A stretch of DNA of 64,000 nt. Origin: Eledone cirrhosa (Eukaryota). A program made the translations under genes and the position numbers. The stretch spans positions 44,950,001-45,014,000 of the forward strand of contig OZ024749.1 in the NCBI GenBank assembly GCA_964016885.1. Reading direction: 5' to 3'. The notes under the pieces were generated by a model. That model was not told where the DNA came from and made no database searches. It saw only the letters and a program-made list of their open reading frames with translations. Positions 28,865 through 44,773 of the stretch are shown here, one piece after another (positions within the stretch are counted from its first letter, which is position 1; each line of letters begins with the position of its first letter).

Positions 28865-29222
28865 CGATAGGCAATATTTATTTCTCATATGTAAACGAAA
28901 CTTCCTCGTTTTTTCTATGTGTGAGTATATATGCATATATATATGTGTATATATGTGTATATGCGTCCATGTATATACATATATGATAGGTTCTGTTAAA
29001 ATGTAATGTTATGTAGTTATTTTGTTAATGAATGTTTGATTGAAAGATGCCTATATACTAATTTGGCTATAAACACGACATGCTCAACTAAAATATTCAA
29101 TACACATATTTAGTATATGTCGCTTAGATATGATGATTTTGAATATATACTCTCTGCTTTATAATGCTCTATATTAGAAATTTCTGTTTTAATAAAATAT
29201 GTATGTATGTTGATAAGAGTTT

Positions 29223-29289
<67 letters not shown>

Positions 29290-29341
29290 CATACATATTC
29301 TAATCAAAGCAACGCTGTAGCCATTGGGATTTTGATATAAT

Positions 29342-29382
<41 letters not shown>

Positions 29383-29461
29383 GGGGGGGGGATACGTATA
29401 TATATATATATGGAGAGTGGGAGATAGAGAAATATAAATTCACACACACACACACACACAT

Positions 29462-29553
<92 letters not shown>

Positions 29554-29770
29554 TTAACTACATATATACATGCATACATGTGTGTGTGAGAGATTGTGTG
29601 TGTGCGTTTGTGCATTTACGTACACATGCACTGGAAAAGCATACATACACTCGCTCAAAACGCATGCATATATATATAGAGAGAGAGGGGAATATCACCA
29701 ACACAATAAAAGGAAACATGCACAGTTACACACTCTGTCACTGTCTCATACACACACATAAGAGGTAAAC

Positions 29771-29814
<44 letters not shown>

Positions 29815-29827
29815 AGACACACACACA

Positions 29828-29889
<62 letters not shown>

Positions 29890-30345
29890 GACACACACAC
29901 ACACTCACAAATGCAATCAGACGCACATAAACATACATACAATAAAACTTTCCTAAATAAACACTGTTCACTCTATACATTCATTAAATGCAATCTATTT
30001 TATTTTACACACTGTAGTATATATCTATATAATAACTACTAGGCTTCAACACACATCAATCTATATTTTGCATATACAAATGCAGACACACGAACGATCA
30101 TGCGAATATATAGATTTCTACATACAGTACGGGGAAATATATTCATTGGATGGTAAATGTATATGCGTTTGCATTTCTAGGTGTGATGGGTGCAATTAAT
30201 ATCAAAGCCATAGATAAAATAAGTGTTTGTTTTCTTGACGATCTGATGTGTATATAATCTATGTATCTATGCATATACATATGTATGTGTGTATAATGTA
30301 TGCATATATGTAAGTAAGTCTGTATAATGTTTGCATATGTATATA

Positions 30346-30401
<56 letters not shown>

Positions 30402-30481
30402 ATATTATATGTATGTATGTATCTATGCTTGTATGCCCTTATTATGCTTATATATACATATACATACATACATATATATAC

Positions 30482-30553
<72 letters not shown>

Positions 30554-30601
30554 GTGCATACAAATATGCACTTAACTGAAAAGAACCTCATAAGTATATA
30601 T

Positions 30602-30675
<74 letters not shown>

Positions 30676-31486
30676 GTGTGTGGGTATATGAGTTTGAATG
30701 TATGAATGTAAGTGTCTTTGCTATTAGCACCTTATCTGTCCATATATTAATATAATACATAATACTACTGCGTTTGGCTGCATGCTTTTGTATCTCTGTA
30801 TGCATACATATATATGATTAGTGTATATGTAAATACGCATGTAGGTGAATGGATTTTAAAGTACATATACATGTGTATATGTGTACGTTTCTTTGAAATA
30901 GACTATGTTGGTGTTTGCGTGTTTATATCTAGGGGATGTATGCGTGTGTGAGATAGTGTCCTAATGATGATAGATATAGCAAGCATTCAGGGGAAGATGA
31001 AAAAAAAAAAAAAATGTGGGAATGATGGAACATTTTCAAGTAAATTGTGACAGCACGCGTGAGATTTTTTAACGACCATATACTTAGGTATTGAGAACTG
31101 TAACTGTGAGTATATATATATATGTGTGTATATTTATGTCTGTATACTTATAGATAGATAGATAAATACATAGACAGGTAGGGACAGGGATATATATATA
31201 AAGAGGAAAAAAGACAGAGAGAGAGGTGGATATATATATATATATATAAAGAGAGAAAGAAAGAGATAGATAGATAGATAGATAGAGAGAGAGAGGGAGA
31301 GGGAGATAGATAGATAGAGAGAGGGAGTGAGAGAGAGAGGGAGAGAGATAGAGATAGATAGAGAGAGAGATAGGTTGATTGATTAATAGATAGAAAGATA
31401 GATGATCAGATATGTGAAAGATATGTAGTTAGAAATATATGCATTAATATTATAATACAGAAACATATATCTTACCAATAGATATA

Positions 31487-31528
<42 letters not shown>

Positions 31529-31555
31529 TACATATGTATATATGTATATGTATAC

Positions 31556-31634
<79 letters not shown>

Positions 31635-31671
31635 TATACATACATATACATACATGTATCCATATATAAAA

Positions 31672-31787
<116 letters not shown>

Positions 31788-31801
31788 CATACATATATAT
31801 A

Positions 31802-31914
<113 letters not shown>

Positions 31915-31984
31915 ATGTCTGCATGTGTAGGTATATATATTTATATATGAGTGTGTACATGTGTATGTGTGTGTCTGCCTGTGT

Positions 31985-32019
<35 letters not shown>

Positions 32020-32328
32020 TGTGTATGTATATTGGATGATACCAGCAGTTAATGAGCTTTGATTGAAGAAAATGGAGGTGAGAATAGAAGAACCCATGAA
32101 AGAATGAGAGATAGCATGATTGTTAGATTTCCAATTATACACACTCCTGTCTTACTCTCCATTACTGTATGTAGTGTATACATACATAAATATATATATA
32201 TACATATATACATATATACACCCCACACGCCCATATATATATATATATATATATGCATATATATGTATATAAGTATGTGCATATATGCATATTTATGCAT
32301 ACATGTATATATGTATATATATAAATAA

Positions 32329-32359
<31 letters not shown>

Positions 32360-32380
32360 TATATATATATATATAAATAA

Positions 32381-32411
<31 letters not shown>

Positions 32412-32463
32412 TAAATATATATATATATATTTATTTATTTATTTATTTATATATATTTTTCAT

Positions 32464-32572
<109 letters not shown>

Positions 32573-32602
32573 TGCATAAATATGCATATATGCATATATG
32601 CA

Positions 32603-32664
<62 letters not shown>

Positions 32665-32714
32665 CTTATTTATTTATATATATTTTTTATATACATATAT
32701 GCATATATATATAT

Positions 32715-32843
<129 letters not shown>

Positions 32844-33182
32844 TATATGTATATATACGTATAATACATGATATGGTATGTATGAGAAATCTTGTAAGAA
32901 ATCTTGTAACTTCCCATATGATTCAGGGTGAATGCTATATAACATTTGTGGTGTAATCTACCCTCGTAGTTTTAGACACGGGTTTACTGTGTTTACTTCT
33001 ACACATATTACTATTATAATGCTCAGTATTTATACTTTGAGCTTATTAATTGCAGGGTATCTATATGAGTTAATAACTCTATATTTTATTTGTATATTTA
33101 TATATATGCATAAATATGTGCATACATGCATATACATGCATATATGTAAATATATATATATATACATACATATATATATATA

Positions 33183-33377
33183 TAACGAAGGAAATGTGGT
33201 AAGGTACCAGATGGACCATAACGCACCAAAGTACTCAATACTTAGGTTAGTAGAGTGGGTAATAGGAACAAGTATGACCCCGACGGCAGAGCTGACGGCT
33301 AATTCTGGACTAAATTAGTTCAGAATTAGCCGTCGAAACGAAACGGCTTGGGCTCTGCCGTCGGGGTCATACTTGCT

Positions 33378-33381
<4 letters not shown>
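33183..33381. mobile_element. TA-embedded hairpin element
   Basis: Third copy. Central stem gacggctaattctggacta/tagttcagaattagccgtc. Confidence 0.9.
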
Positions 33382-33435
<54 letters not shown>

Positions 33436-33466
33436 TATATATATATGCATATATATATACACTCAT

Positions 33467-33536
<70 letters not shown>

Positions 33537-34769
33537 GATATTGTGTGCGTGTGTTTTAATTTTTCTTTGTCTCTATCGTCTATCTTCTTCACGACTCTAT
33601 CTCATTAACTCTATCACTCACGCCTTCTTTCGTTCTCTCAATTCTTCACTCGTTCACTTTCTTCCACTCTCTTCCAAATGGTTATTTCACAAAGACTCTA
33701 CTATAGTGGATGTACATTCACTCACGTTGTGACTTACATCGACACTCACAAGACCCACACAAGGGCACACACACACACAAACACACACGTACGCATCTAT
33801 CTCTCTCTCTCTCTATATATATACATATATATATATATATATGTGTGTGTATATATATATATGTGTGTGTATATATATATATGTGTGCGTGTGTGTGTGT
33901 GTGTGTGTATCACCCTATCTCACTCTCTTTCTCTCACACACTTCATCCCTTACCCTATTTCTCCATCACCCGGTTTTCCTTTCCAAATTTTTATTTCGCA
34001 ATACCTCTGCTATCCTCTCGTTCTCTCTCTCGTTCACACGCGAAAATATAAATCAGGCATATATATTATATTCTAGCATATATATATATATACATACGCC
34101 GCATACACACAAATACATAGACACATACTTCAGCACCCTCAACAACAATATCTACACCACTACACACGTACACTACATATATCATAGCTGCATCCCATAC
34201 ACATACGTAACCAATCCTGTACACATTCGCGCGCATTTACAACCACTCATAGACATATACACACCACATATACAGCACGCTGACGCACACACAGACATAA
34301 AATTCATACTTAACATACTTATCTAACACACATCCACTCACGCAATAACAAATACTATACACTTTCATAGATGCTTACGCCAACACACACACCACTCCTG
34401 TACAGATTCACACACATTTACAACTTCTGCAGATATACGTACACTACATACATATAACTGCACTACATATATTTCACACACACACATATGTGGACACATA
34501 ATCAGCGTACTTAAGCACCACATCCACGCCACCACACATACACTTCACGCATTCCCAGATACACACCATACCACACCACACCACACCACACCACACCACG
34601 CATAACACACCACTTACAACACACACCACACTTCACACATACACACACACACACACAGAGGCAAGCACACCACTCACATACATATTCACGTACGTTTACA
34701 AGCACACAGAGACATAAACACGCACAGAAGCAGAATCAGCACAGAGGGAATTACAAAACAAGACACGAG

Positions 34770-34950
34770 GCCGAGTGACTGGCCTGAGCGGAACTACATG
34801 AGTCGGTTAGCTACTTCGCTGCTCGCTAGATGGCGCGTGCAGCATACAGACGACCGCTAATTAGCGTTCTCAGAAATATCCTGCGGTTCCTTTTCGAATC
34901 GCCTCACTTTTGGAACAGTATCGTGTTAGCAGGCTGTTGATTATGCGCAT
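34770..34950. promoter_or_regulatory. Unique, relatively CpG-rich segment with a CTCF-like motif
   Basis: tcgctagatggcgc (34823-34836) resembles the CTCF core. ggaactaca at ~34791. Non-repetitive within the window. Confidence 0.4.
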
Positions 34951-35102
34951 TAAGCCTGCATACATGTCTGACTGACTGGATGCCTAGCGAATTGGCTGTT
35001 TGGTTGTTTGCTGTTTAACTATTTCGTTGTTTCGCTGTTTGGTTCCTTGTATGTCGTCTTATACTTACTCAGTAGTTCTGCCAATATATGAACTTACATC
35101 CC

Positions 35103-35131
35103 TATCTATCTATCGATCGATCTATCCGTCG

Positions 35132-35217
<86 letters not shown>

Positions 35218-35262
35218 TTATCTATCTATATATCTATCTACCTATCTATATATCTATCTATC
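35103..35262. repeat. (TATC)n tetranucleotide microsatellite
   Basis: Directly visible. Confidence 0.97.
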
Positions 35263-35264
35263 TT

Positions 35265-35719
35265 TGCCTCTTCTACTCTATCTATTAGCTCCTTTTCCTT
35301 CCTATTCCTATCCGCAGCTAGAACCTTACTAAATTCTATCGAGACTACTCTAATCTCTCTCTTTAGAGATACCCACCACCTGCTGTTGACGATCGCTCCA
35401 GTCAACCGTTCCTTAACTAACGTACTAATCCGATTCCTGTAGGCTCTACTTGCCGGCAAGGACAAGTTGAGCTTTCAGTAACCGGGGCCCTGTCTATGAG
35501 TTCTGTCAAGGTTGACCATGCAGGTCACTAAACGGGTCCGAAGCCTGCCGCCGCTAGCACCGCATCCAGGTAACCATGGTCGACCCTATCGAACGCCTTA
35601 GATTGATCCAAGTTGATCAGAGCCCCACCAAAGCCGGATTCGTTCCCAACCCTCTCTATGATGTATCGCATGAGGTGGAGGTTGTCATGGATGGACCTGG
35701 ACGGGATAGCGCATGTCTG
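35265..35719 (-). mobile_element. Tx1/L1-clade LINE ORF2 fragments (RT segment and post-endonuclease linker)
   Basis: 35719-35531 encodes QTCAIPSRSIHDNLHLMRYII..ALINLDQSKAFDRVDHGYL..AGFGP. 35528-35265 encodes RQGPGY*KLNLSL..RWWVSLKREIR. Confidence 0.9.
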
Positions 35720-35745
35720 CCTATCTGATTATTATTATATATACA

Positions 35746-35930
35746 TGGATTGGCAGTATCGGTGGAGGGTCGGATGCCATGCTTTCCAGCATAGTTACGT
35801 CCCTTAACGATCTGAGTTCAAATCCCGCCGAGGTTAACTTTGCCTTTCATCCTTACGGGGTCGATAAAATAAAGTACCAGTAATGCACTGGGTAATTGCT
35901 GGCCCTGTGCCAAAAAGTAGAAACAATTAT
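35746..35930 (+). mobile_element. SINE family 1 with TSD
   Basis: Flanks attatatatacat. Confidence 0.93.
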
Positions 35931-36124
35931 ATATACATACATACATATGTGTGAGTGTCTGTGTGTGTGCTTGTTTGTGTATACTTACATACATTCATAT
36001 ATATATATATACTCATCTTTTTCAATTTCTCTGAGGGTTCTAAACCCCACTATCAGGGTAAAATTACATTAGTCAAGAAAATACGGCGAAAGCCTCTATT
36101 TCTAATTGTATATATATACATATA

Positions 36125-36205
36125 TAATAAGGTAAAAGAACAGGTATCATAGCATCAATATGTTTATTCACGTATGACGCGCGTTTCGCAATCGATCAGT
36201 TCAAG
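36125..36205 (-). mobile_element. Truncated island retaining the 3' half of an HHR
   Basis: Minus strand ..gattgc-GAAACGCGCGUC-atacgtg-AATAAA..., ending in a TA tract. Confidence 0.55.
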
Positions 36206-36238
36206 GTACTATTGGTATGGATCTCTCTCGACTCTAGA

Positions 36239-36432
36239 GTGGATTAGAAGTATCGGTAGGCTGCCAGTCAACACACTGTGTAGCATAAAGTTACGGCCCT
36301 TTGAGTTCTAAGTTTAAATCACACCGAGGTTAGCTTTGCCTTTCATCCTTACGAGGTCGATAAAATAAAGCACCAGTAATGCACTGGGGACGATTTAAAC
36401 GACTTTCTGCTCCCCCTAAATTTAAACAATTA
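36239..36432 (+). mobile_element. SINE family 1 variant with longer tail (gcactggggacgatttaaacgac)
   Basis: Same head and body. Tail type shared with 53639-53860. Confidence 0.85.
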
Positions 36433-36442
36433 TTATTATAAT

Positions 36443-36507
<65 letters not shown>

Positions 36508-37476
36508 CATGGTATATGAGTATATGATTGTCCTTCGTAAAAGGACGTATGCCGTTACATTCCAATCTGTTGTGTACAATATAAAGTATCAAAAGGTTTT
36601 GCCGAATACCTAAGACCTGGATAGTGATACGATTGCATTGCATTTTAAGTAACTTGCATATCCACTACAACTTCAAAACTATTATTGTTGTGTTTCAATA
36701 TTTGTATTTATATGATGTGCTTTCACTGTGCAACAGAGCGCATTTCTGTACAAGTTAGTTATGTGAAATATTTCGTTTTAGTTTTGTGATTTCTGTCGCA
36801 TTAAACTTTATGTAGCGTAATATATATGCCGTGTTATTAGGGCTATTTAGTGTACATAAAGAACATTTGTAATCCCTTCGATTTCGGTTATATCTATATC
36901 TTTTGTGATCGTTTCAAAGGCGCCAATTTCTATAAAGCCTGTTTCTGTTTCACTAGCTACACATTCTGGTGTATCTATCTACATAGTTTTATATACAGAA
37001 AATGTTACCATATTTTGTTAGTTTTTTTCATTTGATTTTAGAAATACAAGACAACTACATTCACGTGCTTATATTTGGATCCCTTGTCATTGTAGATTGA
37101 CATATCTCAAACTAAGGTGCATTCCTCATCAGCTGAAACTTTTCTGGTGTTTTCTAAATTCCTGAAATAATTTGCTGTTTATGAACACCCTGATTCTGTC
37201 TTGCTTGTAGATGCATTCTTCCTTGGCTAAATCAGGAAAAGTCAGAAACAATGGGAATATATTATCGGAAACTTCCTTTGAATCTGCTTCTTTCCCAAAC
37301 CATACAGAGTGTCAACCTGACCCCTGGGGCAAAATTTGATAATACACACAATTTACAATCAATTTTCATACAAATGATGCCACAAAGTGGATTGATACAT
37401 CTATGTGTGGATTGATACATCTATAAGAAGGCACTTTTTTTTTCTCTTTGAAAGACATAATAATCAACATTATCGC

Positions 37477-37512
<36 letters not shown>

Positions 37513-37886
37513 TATCCTCTTCATTATGATGATCATTATCATCGTCATGTGTTGTCTTTGCTTTTGTTGCTAGAGATTAAGTTCAGATGACACATTGATT
37601 ATGATTCTACAAGTATTATTTGAGTAACATCGTAAGGTACGATTTATATTCGTCTTGATATAGCTAATGTATGCTCTTTCGTCCAATGGGTATTGATATT
37701 GGCTGAAATTACGTAGGAGAAGAATTATTTCTTAAATAATGTATTCGGGTATAATTATATTTACAATACGTGCAAGGATGCAATCATTTTAATTTTTATT
37801 ACACACAGGTACACACACAGATGAGTGTGTATGTAGAGGTGTAATATATAATTATGTATATATATATGAATATATATATACATGTG

Positions 37887-37970
<84 letters not shown>

Positions 37971-37971
37971 G

Positions 37972-38037
<66 letters not shown>

Positions 38038-38160
38038 TACATACATATTCATATATAAATATATTTATATGTACATACATATATATATATAAATATGTAA
38101 AATATGAATATGTATATCTATTTATATATATTCATACACACACACTCACACACACACACA

Positions 38161-38243
<83 letters not shown>

Positions 38244-38542
38244 GTGTGTGTGTGTACATAGTTATAAGTGATAGACGACAAAACATGGAAAATATATTCA
38301 ACATGGCATGCAACAACACACGTGAACTATATTTAAAACTAACATAATTTTAAACGAAACTTTGAAAACTTAATCATAGCGAAACCGGACTCTACAAACT
38401 ATACCAAATTTGAATGCTCAGGTTAATTTCTGTTCTAATTTTAGCATCACTCTCCATGACACAACATTATCCATGACGAAATTACATTTTGAAGACCCAC
38501 CCATTACAATAGACACACCTAGACACACCGATAAATATACAT

Positions 38543-38619
<77 letters not shown>

Positions 38620-39057
38620 AAGGTGAGGTAATACTCGTGTGACCAATTCGTATCATAGAAAAAAAAAAACATGGTAATAGAAGTGTCTAAACCAAACCCA
38701 CCACGGAGCAAACAGAACGAAACTGGGACACAAGACTTTGGTCATCAAACCTCATTTCTAAAAAGATACATTCTAAGCCACGTTCAAACCTGCTTTCTAT
38801 AATTCAAAACGTATATTAATGATAGACTAAGAGTGTTAGATTAATTATTCTAATCCTCCAGAAATAAAATATTATTTAAAAAAAAAAATTATATATATAT
38901 TTTTACTAACCAAAAACTAACCCAACGATATATTAGAAAATAAAAGTAATTTCATCATTTGAATGTCTTATCTTTCGTTATTCCACCGTCATTTTCATAA
39001 TATTTACATTTCATTATGATATTTTTGTTTTGCCTCTACATATATACATACATAGAT

Positions 39058-39213
<156 letters not shown>

Positions 39214-39557
39214 TTTTTAATTCAAGATACTTTTATATTTATTTTCACTGCCTTGCATTTACATATATTAATTAATATTTTATAATAATATTTGAATAGA
39301 TCGCCAGTTTATAAGCAAAAGAGTTAATAAATCGATCTCCACGCCACCCACGCCCTGCATCCATCATTCTTTCTTTCTTTTTTTTTAACAAGTTGGCCCA
39401 TAAATGGGTTACTATTTACAAATAAAATAACTTTATTTATACTCATATTATTTTTAATTTCTAATCAAAATTTTGAAAATGAATTATTGATATATAAAAA
39501 AGGAATTAATAATGAAATGATAAAGCGATTTACTTTCCATGGTGTACACATAAATGG

Positions 39558-39696
<139 letters not shown>

Positions 39697-40784
39697 CATG
39701 TGTGTGTACTCTTTAGTGTGTATGGATGCGAACCAATTTGCATCCATATATACATACGTACATATACATATACATATATATATATTGTGTGTGTATTTAT
39801 GAATATATATATATGTATGTATATATCTATGTATGTGTGTGTATGTATATATATATATGTATATTTATATACATAGATGTGTGTGTGGATATGTATATGG
39901 GTCCCTGTTTGTGAACAACGTGCACGTTACAGTTGATAGATAGTATTTCACAGATTCATATATGGATGTTGATTTTTAGTCCACAACCCCCGGTCAACCA
40001 TGATCGAGAAGATATTTGATCATAATTGATCTATCAGTAACTATGCGATCTATTTTTGACAAGTGGTGTGACCCATTTTTTTTAATGAAGAGAGACCTCG
40101 ATCTAATCGAATTATGGCAGCTGTTTTAATTAAGGTCAACCGACAACAATGAAAATCTATAGATTATTAGAGCTTATATTTATTTGAATTTATGAAAATA
40201 TATATATCAGTCATTCATTCAATAAATGACTGATTTAATGTTTATTTTCGTGCCATTGCTATTTTCGATTTCATTTAATATAGAAGATAATAAAGCATTT
40301 TTTTCACATACGTATTATACTGATTAAAAATATTTACAATGTTCGCTTACTGTCAGGTAATAGTAAATTTTATAAAAATGATTTAAAAAACTTATTTCAA
40401 CGTTTGTTTATGTTAATTATATGCATAGGCCGCGAATTTGGAGAGTGGGTGGACTGTGTGATCAAATATATGTTATTTATTCCGGCATATTTTGATCTGA
40501 GTTTAAATCCCGCCTATACTATCCTTGACAGAACATCCTATGGAAATCGATAAATAAACTCCCAGTCGACCTGGGATGTTAGAACTATTAAAGAACATGA
40601 CAGGAGTGTCTGTGCTGTCTGGTCTTGGTTGTGAACATACTCTGAATTTAAACTCAGTATATTTCTACCAGAAAATGCGTGAGATAATCCACACATAGAA
40701 GATTTTATTGTTGATAATTTGTATAGATGAATGTGTGTTTACTATAGAACACATTCAAAAATATTTAGAAGTGCTCCTCATCCC

Positions 40785-40864
<80 letters not shown>

Positions 40865-41282
40865 TTTGCTATTTGTTTGTGTTTACATATGTGACACTTT
40901 TCCCATTCTATTAAAATATGTTTGCTGTATATATATATTGGAGGGATTTTTCATGAACATTAAGAGCTTTTTTGAAATTTAATTATATAATGTGACATTG
41001 ATTAATTAGATAAAAGTTTATTATATAGTCACAACTTACTATATACAACTACACAATCCATTGAATAGTAAACAGAACGAAAACTAGAAATATTGAATAT
41101 ATTTCTAGATTGTAAAGTCTCTAGTGGTATGTATCTCTTATTCTCTCGCCTAGTCTTGCTGGGTTGTCTTCTCTTGCAGCCCTCCATCTGATCGATACCA
41201 TGTATCACACTTACATTTAATTGAATTAGGTACATGTATATACATATATAAACATACATATATAAACATACATACACACACA

Positions 41283-41409
<127 letters not shown>

Positions 41410-41431
41410 ACATATATATATATATATATAT

Positions 41432-41519
41432 AAAAAGTCACACATGTTCAGCGCATCGGTAGGGGTTATCCTACATGGATATAAAGTAGTGGCCGTACTC
41501 GAAAACGAGTTTGCAGCCA

Positions 41520-41553
<34 letters not shown>

Positions 41554-41918
41554 TGGCTGCCAATTCGTTTTCGAGTACGGCCACTACTTTATATCCATGT
41601 ATATATATATATATATGGTGGCTGCCAACTCGTTTTCGAGTACGGCCACTACTTTACATCCATGTAGGAGAACCCCTACCGATGCGCTGAACATGTGTGA
41701 CTTTTTAGTCCAGCCAGCGACTTGAAAACTCTGGTACAAACACTACACTTGTGACAATTATTGACATATAGTGCTGGGCCCACGGTTCCATGTGATGACA
41801 GGTGCAGAGAGATCTCCAAATATAAAGCAATGCCGGTGCCGTGAAGCTTTTATAGTGAGCAAAGGCACTGCACAAAGCCAGTCCCACTCTCTTAACCAAG
41901 ATGATATTTACCAAAAAG
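41432..41918 (+). mobile_element. Repeat of the 1187 family with inverted (41432-41523) and direct (41550-41600) partial duplications of one end
   Basis: All three pieces start at atggtggctgc and are separated by TA tracts. Confidence 0.85.
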
Positions 41919-41945
41919 ATATATATATATATGTATATATATATT

Positions 41946-41988
<43 letters not shown>

Positions 41989-42011
41989 GTGTGTGTGTGT
42001 GTATGCAAATG

Positions 42012-42113
42012 GTAAACAGAAATAACAATACAATCGGTACAGTATATGGAAGGGATATATTGGGTTAATACTTGATATAGCAGGAAGAGGGTCTCAACGT
42101 TTCGGACACTAGT

Positions 42114-42116
<3 letters not shown>
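42012..42116 (-). mobile_element. Copy of the 28.4 kb HHR family truncated at stem II
   Basis: Minus strand aggactagtgtccgaaacgttgagaccctcttcc.... CUGAUGA is replaced by a TA tract. Confidence 0.85.
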
Positions 42117-42161
<45 letters not shown>

Positions 42162-42166
<5 letters not shown>

Positions 42167-42377
42167 ATAATAATAAATTTGAAGACTAAAATCCAAAGAG
42201 GGCTCGGTAAGGATAAATATATATCAAATATATAAGAACCGTAGAGCAAATATTTATTAAAATAACAGATTAAAGTTTAAGCAAAGAATCGCTGCTTTCA
42301 CCCTCAACGGGATCTTCACCTAAGGGTGAAAGCAGCGATTCTTTGCTTAAACTTTAATCTGTTATTTTAATAAATAT
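42162..42377 (-). mobile_element. Fold-back element pivoting in the HHR core
   Basis: 55-bp arms 42250-42304 and 42323-42377. The long arm stops at (C)UGAAGA. Same family as 21-150 and 58160-58266. Confidence 0.9.
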
Positions 42378-43055
42378 ATATATTAGCTTTCCCCTGTGTT
42401 GTTTACTTGTTTCACTCGCTTTACGCGTTTCAATTGTCCTAATAACTTATTTTAGTTATTATTGCACCAACGTGAGGTATATGATTTTTAATGCAATGAA
42501 ATACCAATAATCGTTGGAAAATCACTGATGAGGGACTCAATTATAACATGTTATCCATGTGCAACCATGCAGCATTCTTCTCCCCATATTTTTCATACAT
42601 ATATATATATATATATATATTACGGTGCATGTTGAGCTATACTTTGTTGATATATAACGATAGTGCTCAAAATGTAGCATATAGTGTAAACAAAGACATG
42701 CTAAAACCTACATAATATATATTTACAGATTTTAAAACAAGTAGGTAACTGCATGGTATTTAAAAGTTTATATATACGTGCATGATTGCGTGCACACACA
42801 TACACACATACAGAAAGAGAACTCACTGTTTCATACACATTCTTATTTGTTGTATGCATATTTCGTACAAAATATTCATTGCATAATCATACATACGCAT
42901 ACATGTATTCATCTATACACTTATCTACCTGTATTATATGCAGCTATACACACATTTACTTACAAATTCATGCAAAATACATGTATGTATTTCTAAGATA
43001 ACTTCGTATGTTTCATATATGGTTATATATATATATAAGGTTATATATATATATA

Positions 43056-43207
<152 letters not shown>

Positions 43208-44711
43208 TGATGCATTTGCAAGCAAATATGAATACACATTTATCTTTTCACAATCACATACTCTTCACGCACAAATTCTTAGACATGTTCATATCACCGG
43301 GAAACCATATACGTATATACATAATGCACGATTTCACATGGTAATAATATCTTAAGCTACATTGATTGGTGTTTACAAATCTATAGAAATCCAAGTTTGG
43401 CCCTATGTGATAATGGATTGCATAATGGGGAAACCTGTAGTCACGTACTGTTAGAAAAAAATGCTATTTGGGTATTGTAACTATCACGATTATATGTCTG
43501 CTGACTTCTAGAATATGGACAGAGATAAACAGAACGCCTTTCTATTACATTCTCAAATCAGGCGGCTATTTTTGTTATATTTTATTATTATTCATATTAT
43601 GTCGATAGATTCGTCCCCTAACTTCTCTATAGTTTACAACTTACTAATAAACAAACAACATATTTCCTTCTGAAACGGGAGAGAAACCCAGAGGATGATA
43701 TAAAGATTGATAAATTACACAGCATCTCTAATATCTAAGATGCCCACATAAACAAATAGAAGAGACAATGGTATCTTTGTATTCACTGAAATTTCTAGAA
43801 GTAATAACCAAATCTCCTTCAAATCCCAGTCCCTCGACTTAAATATTTGTTGAACACATTAGATATTGCATTGTTAAAACAGCAATAATAGAGACATAAT
43901 ATGATATATGTCGACCAAACGGAAGCGGAATCTCGCTAAAATGATACCTTGAAGAGGCACTTTCGATAATTTAATTCAAGATACGCAATGTCAGACAGAA
44001 ATCCGCGATGGTCATTGCTGGAATGATTTTACTCATATGGAAAATTAATCTTGTTTGATCAAGGTTTCAACAAAAACAGCATCAACAATATATCCAACAC
44101 AATCCCATCAGAACAAACCAACAATAGCATTAACATCACAAGAAAAAACAAATCAGCACCTCATTCAATACAATGCGCTTAAAAAAAGAACTTGATCTGC
44201 AAGAAATAGCAGTCAAATTTTGTTTATTTATCAAGCAGTCTTCAAAAGAAAAATGCTTTGGAAAATGTTTTTTGTTGGCGTACAAAAGATAGAATTGACA
44301 TGATGGCAACACTTTTAATATTACGTTTAGATTATTAGCAAAGAACTGCAAATAAACAACAAAAAATGGAACCAATAGGTCAGATTACACGTGGTTATTC
44401 ACACCTGTTGCAAATATCAGTTAATTCCCTGTATGTTAACTTATCATTAAACAAGAACTACATCATCAACAAGTGCTACAATAATGACAACAATAAATAT
44501 ATTAGCTGTAATGAAGCTAGTTACATTCGTTATTGGTAATATATTTTTGGACAGTAGATTTGTCGAAATATATCCTCGCCAGTTTTTTCTTCTTATAATG
44601 AATTGTCAATTAAAATATCAGATACGTTTTGTCATGACATGCCTTACCATAAGGTCATGGTGTACGCGCGTCATTGCAATAAGTTTTAAAGCAATAACAC
44701 CTCCTTCAATT

Positions 44712-44773
<62 letters not shown>

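Noticed and set aside
37100-37335. Possible decayed Sola-like transposase and a CUGAUGA on the minus strand
   Set aside because: Protein resemblance (FPDL..ECIY..RIR) is too weak, and the HHR lacks GAAA and stems.
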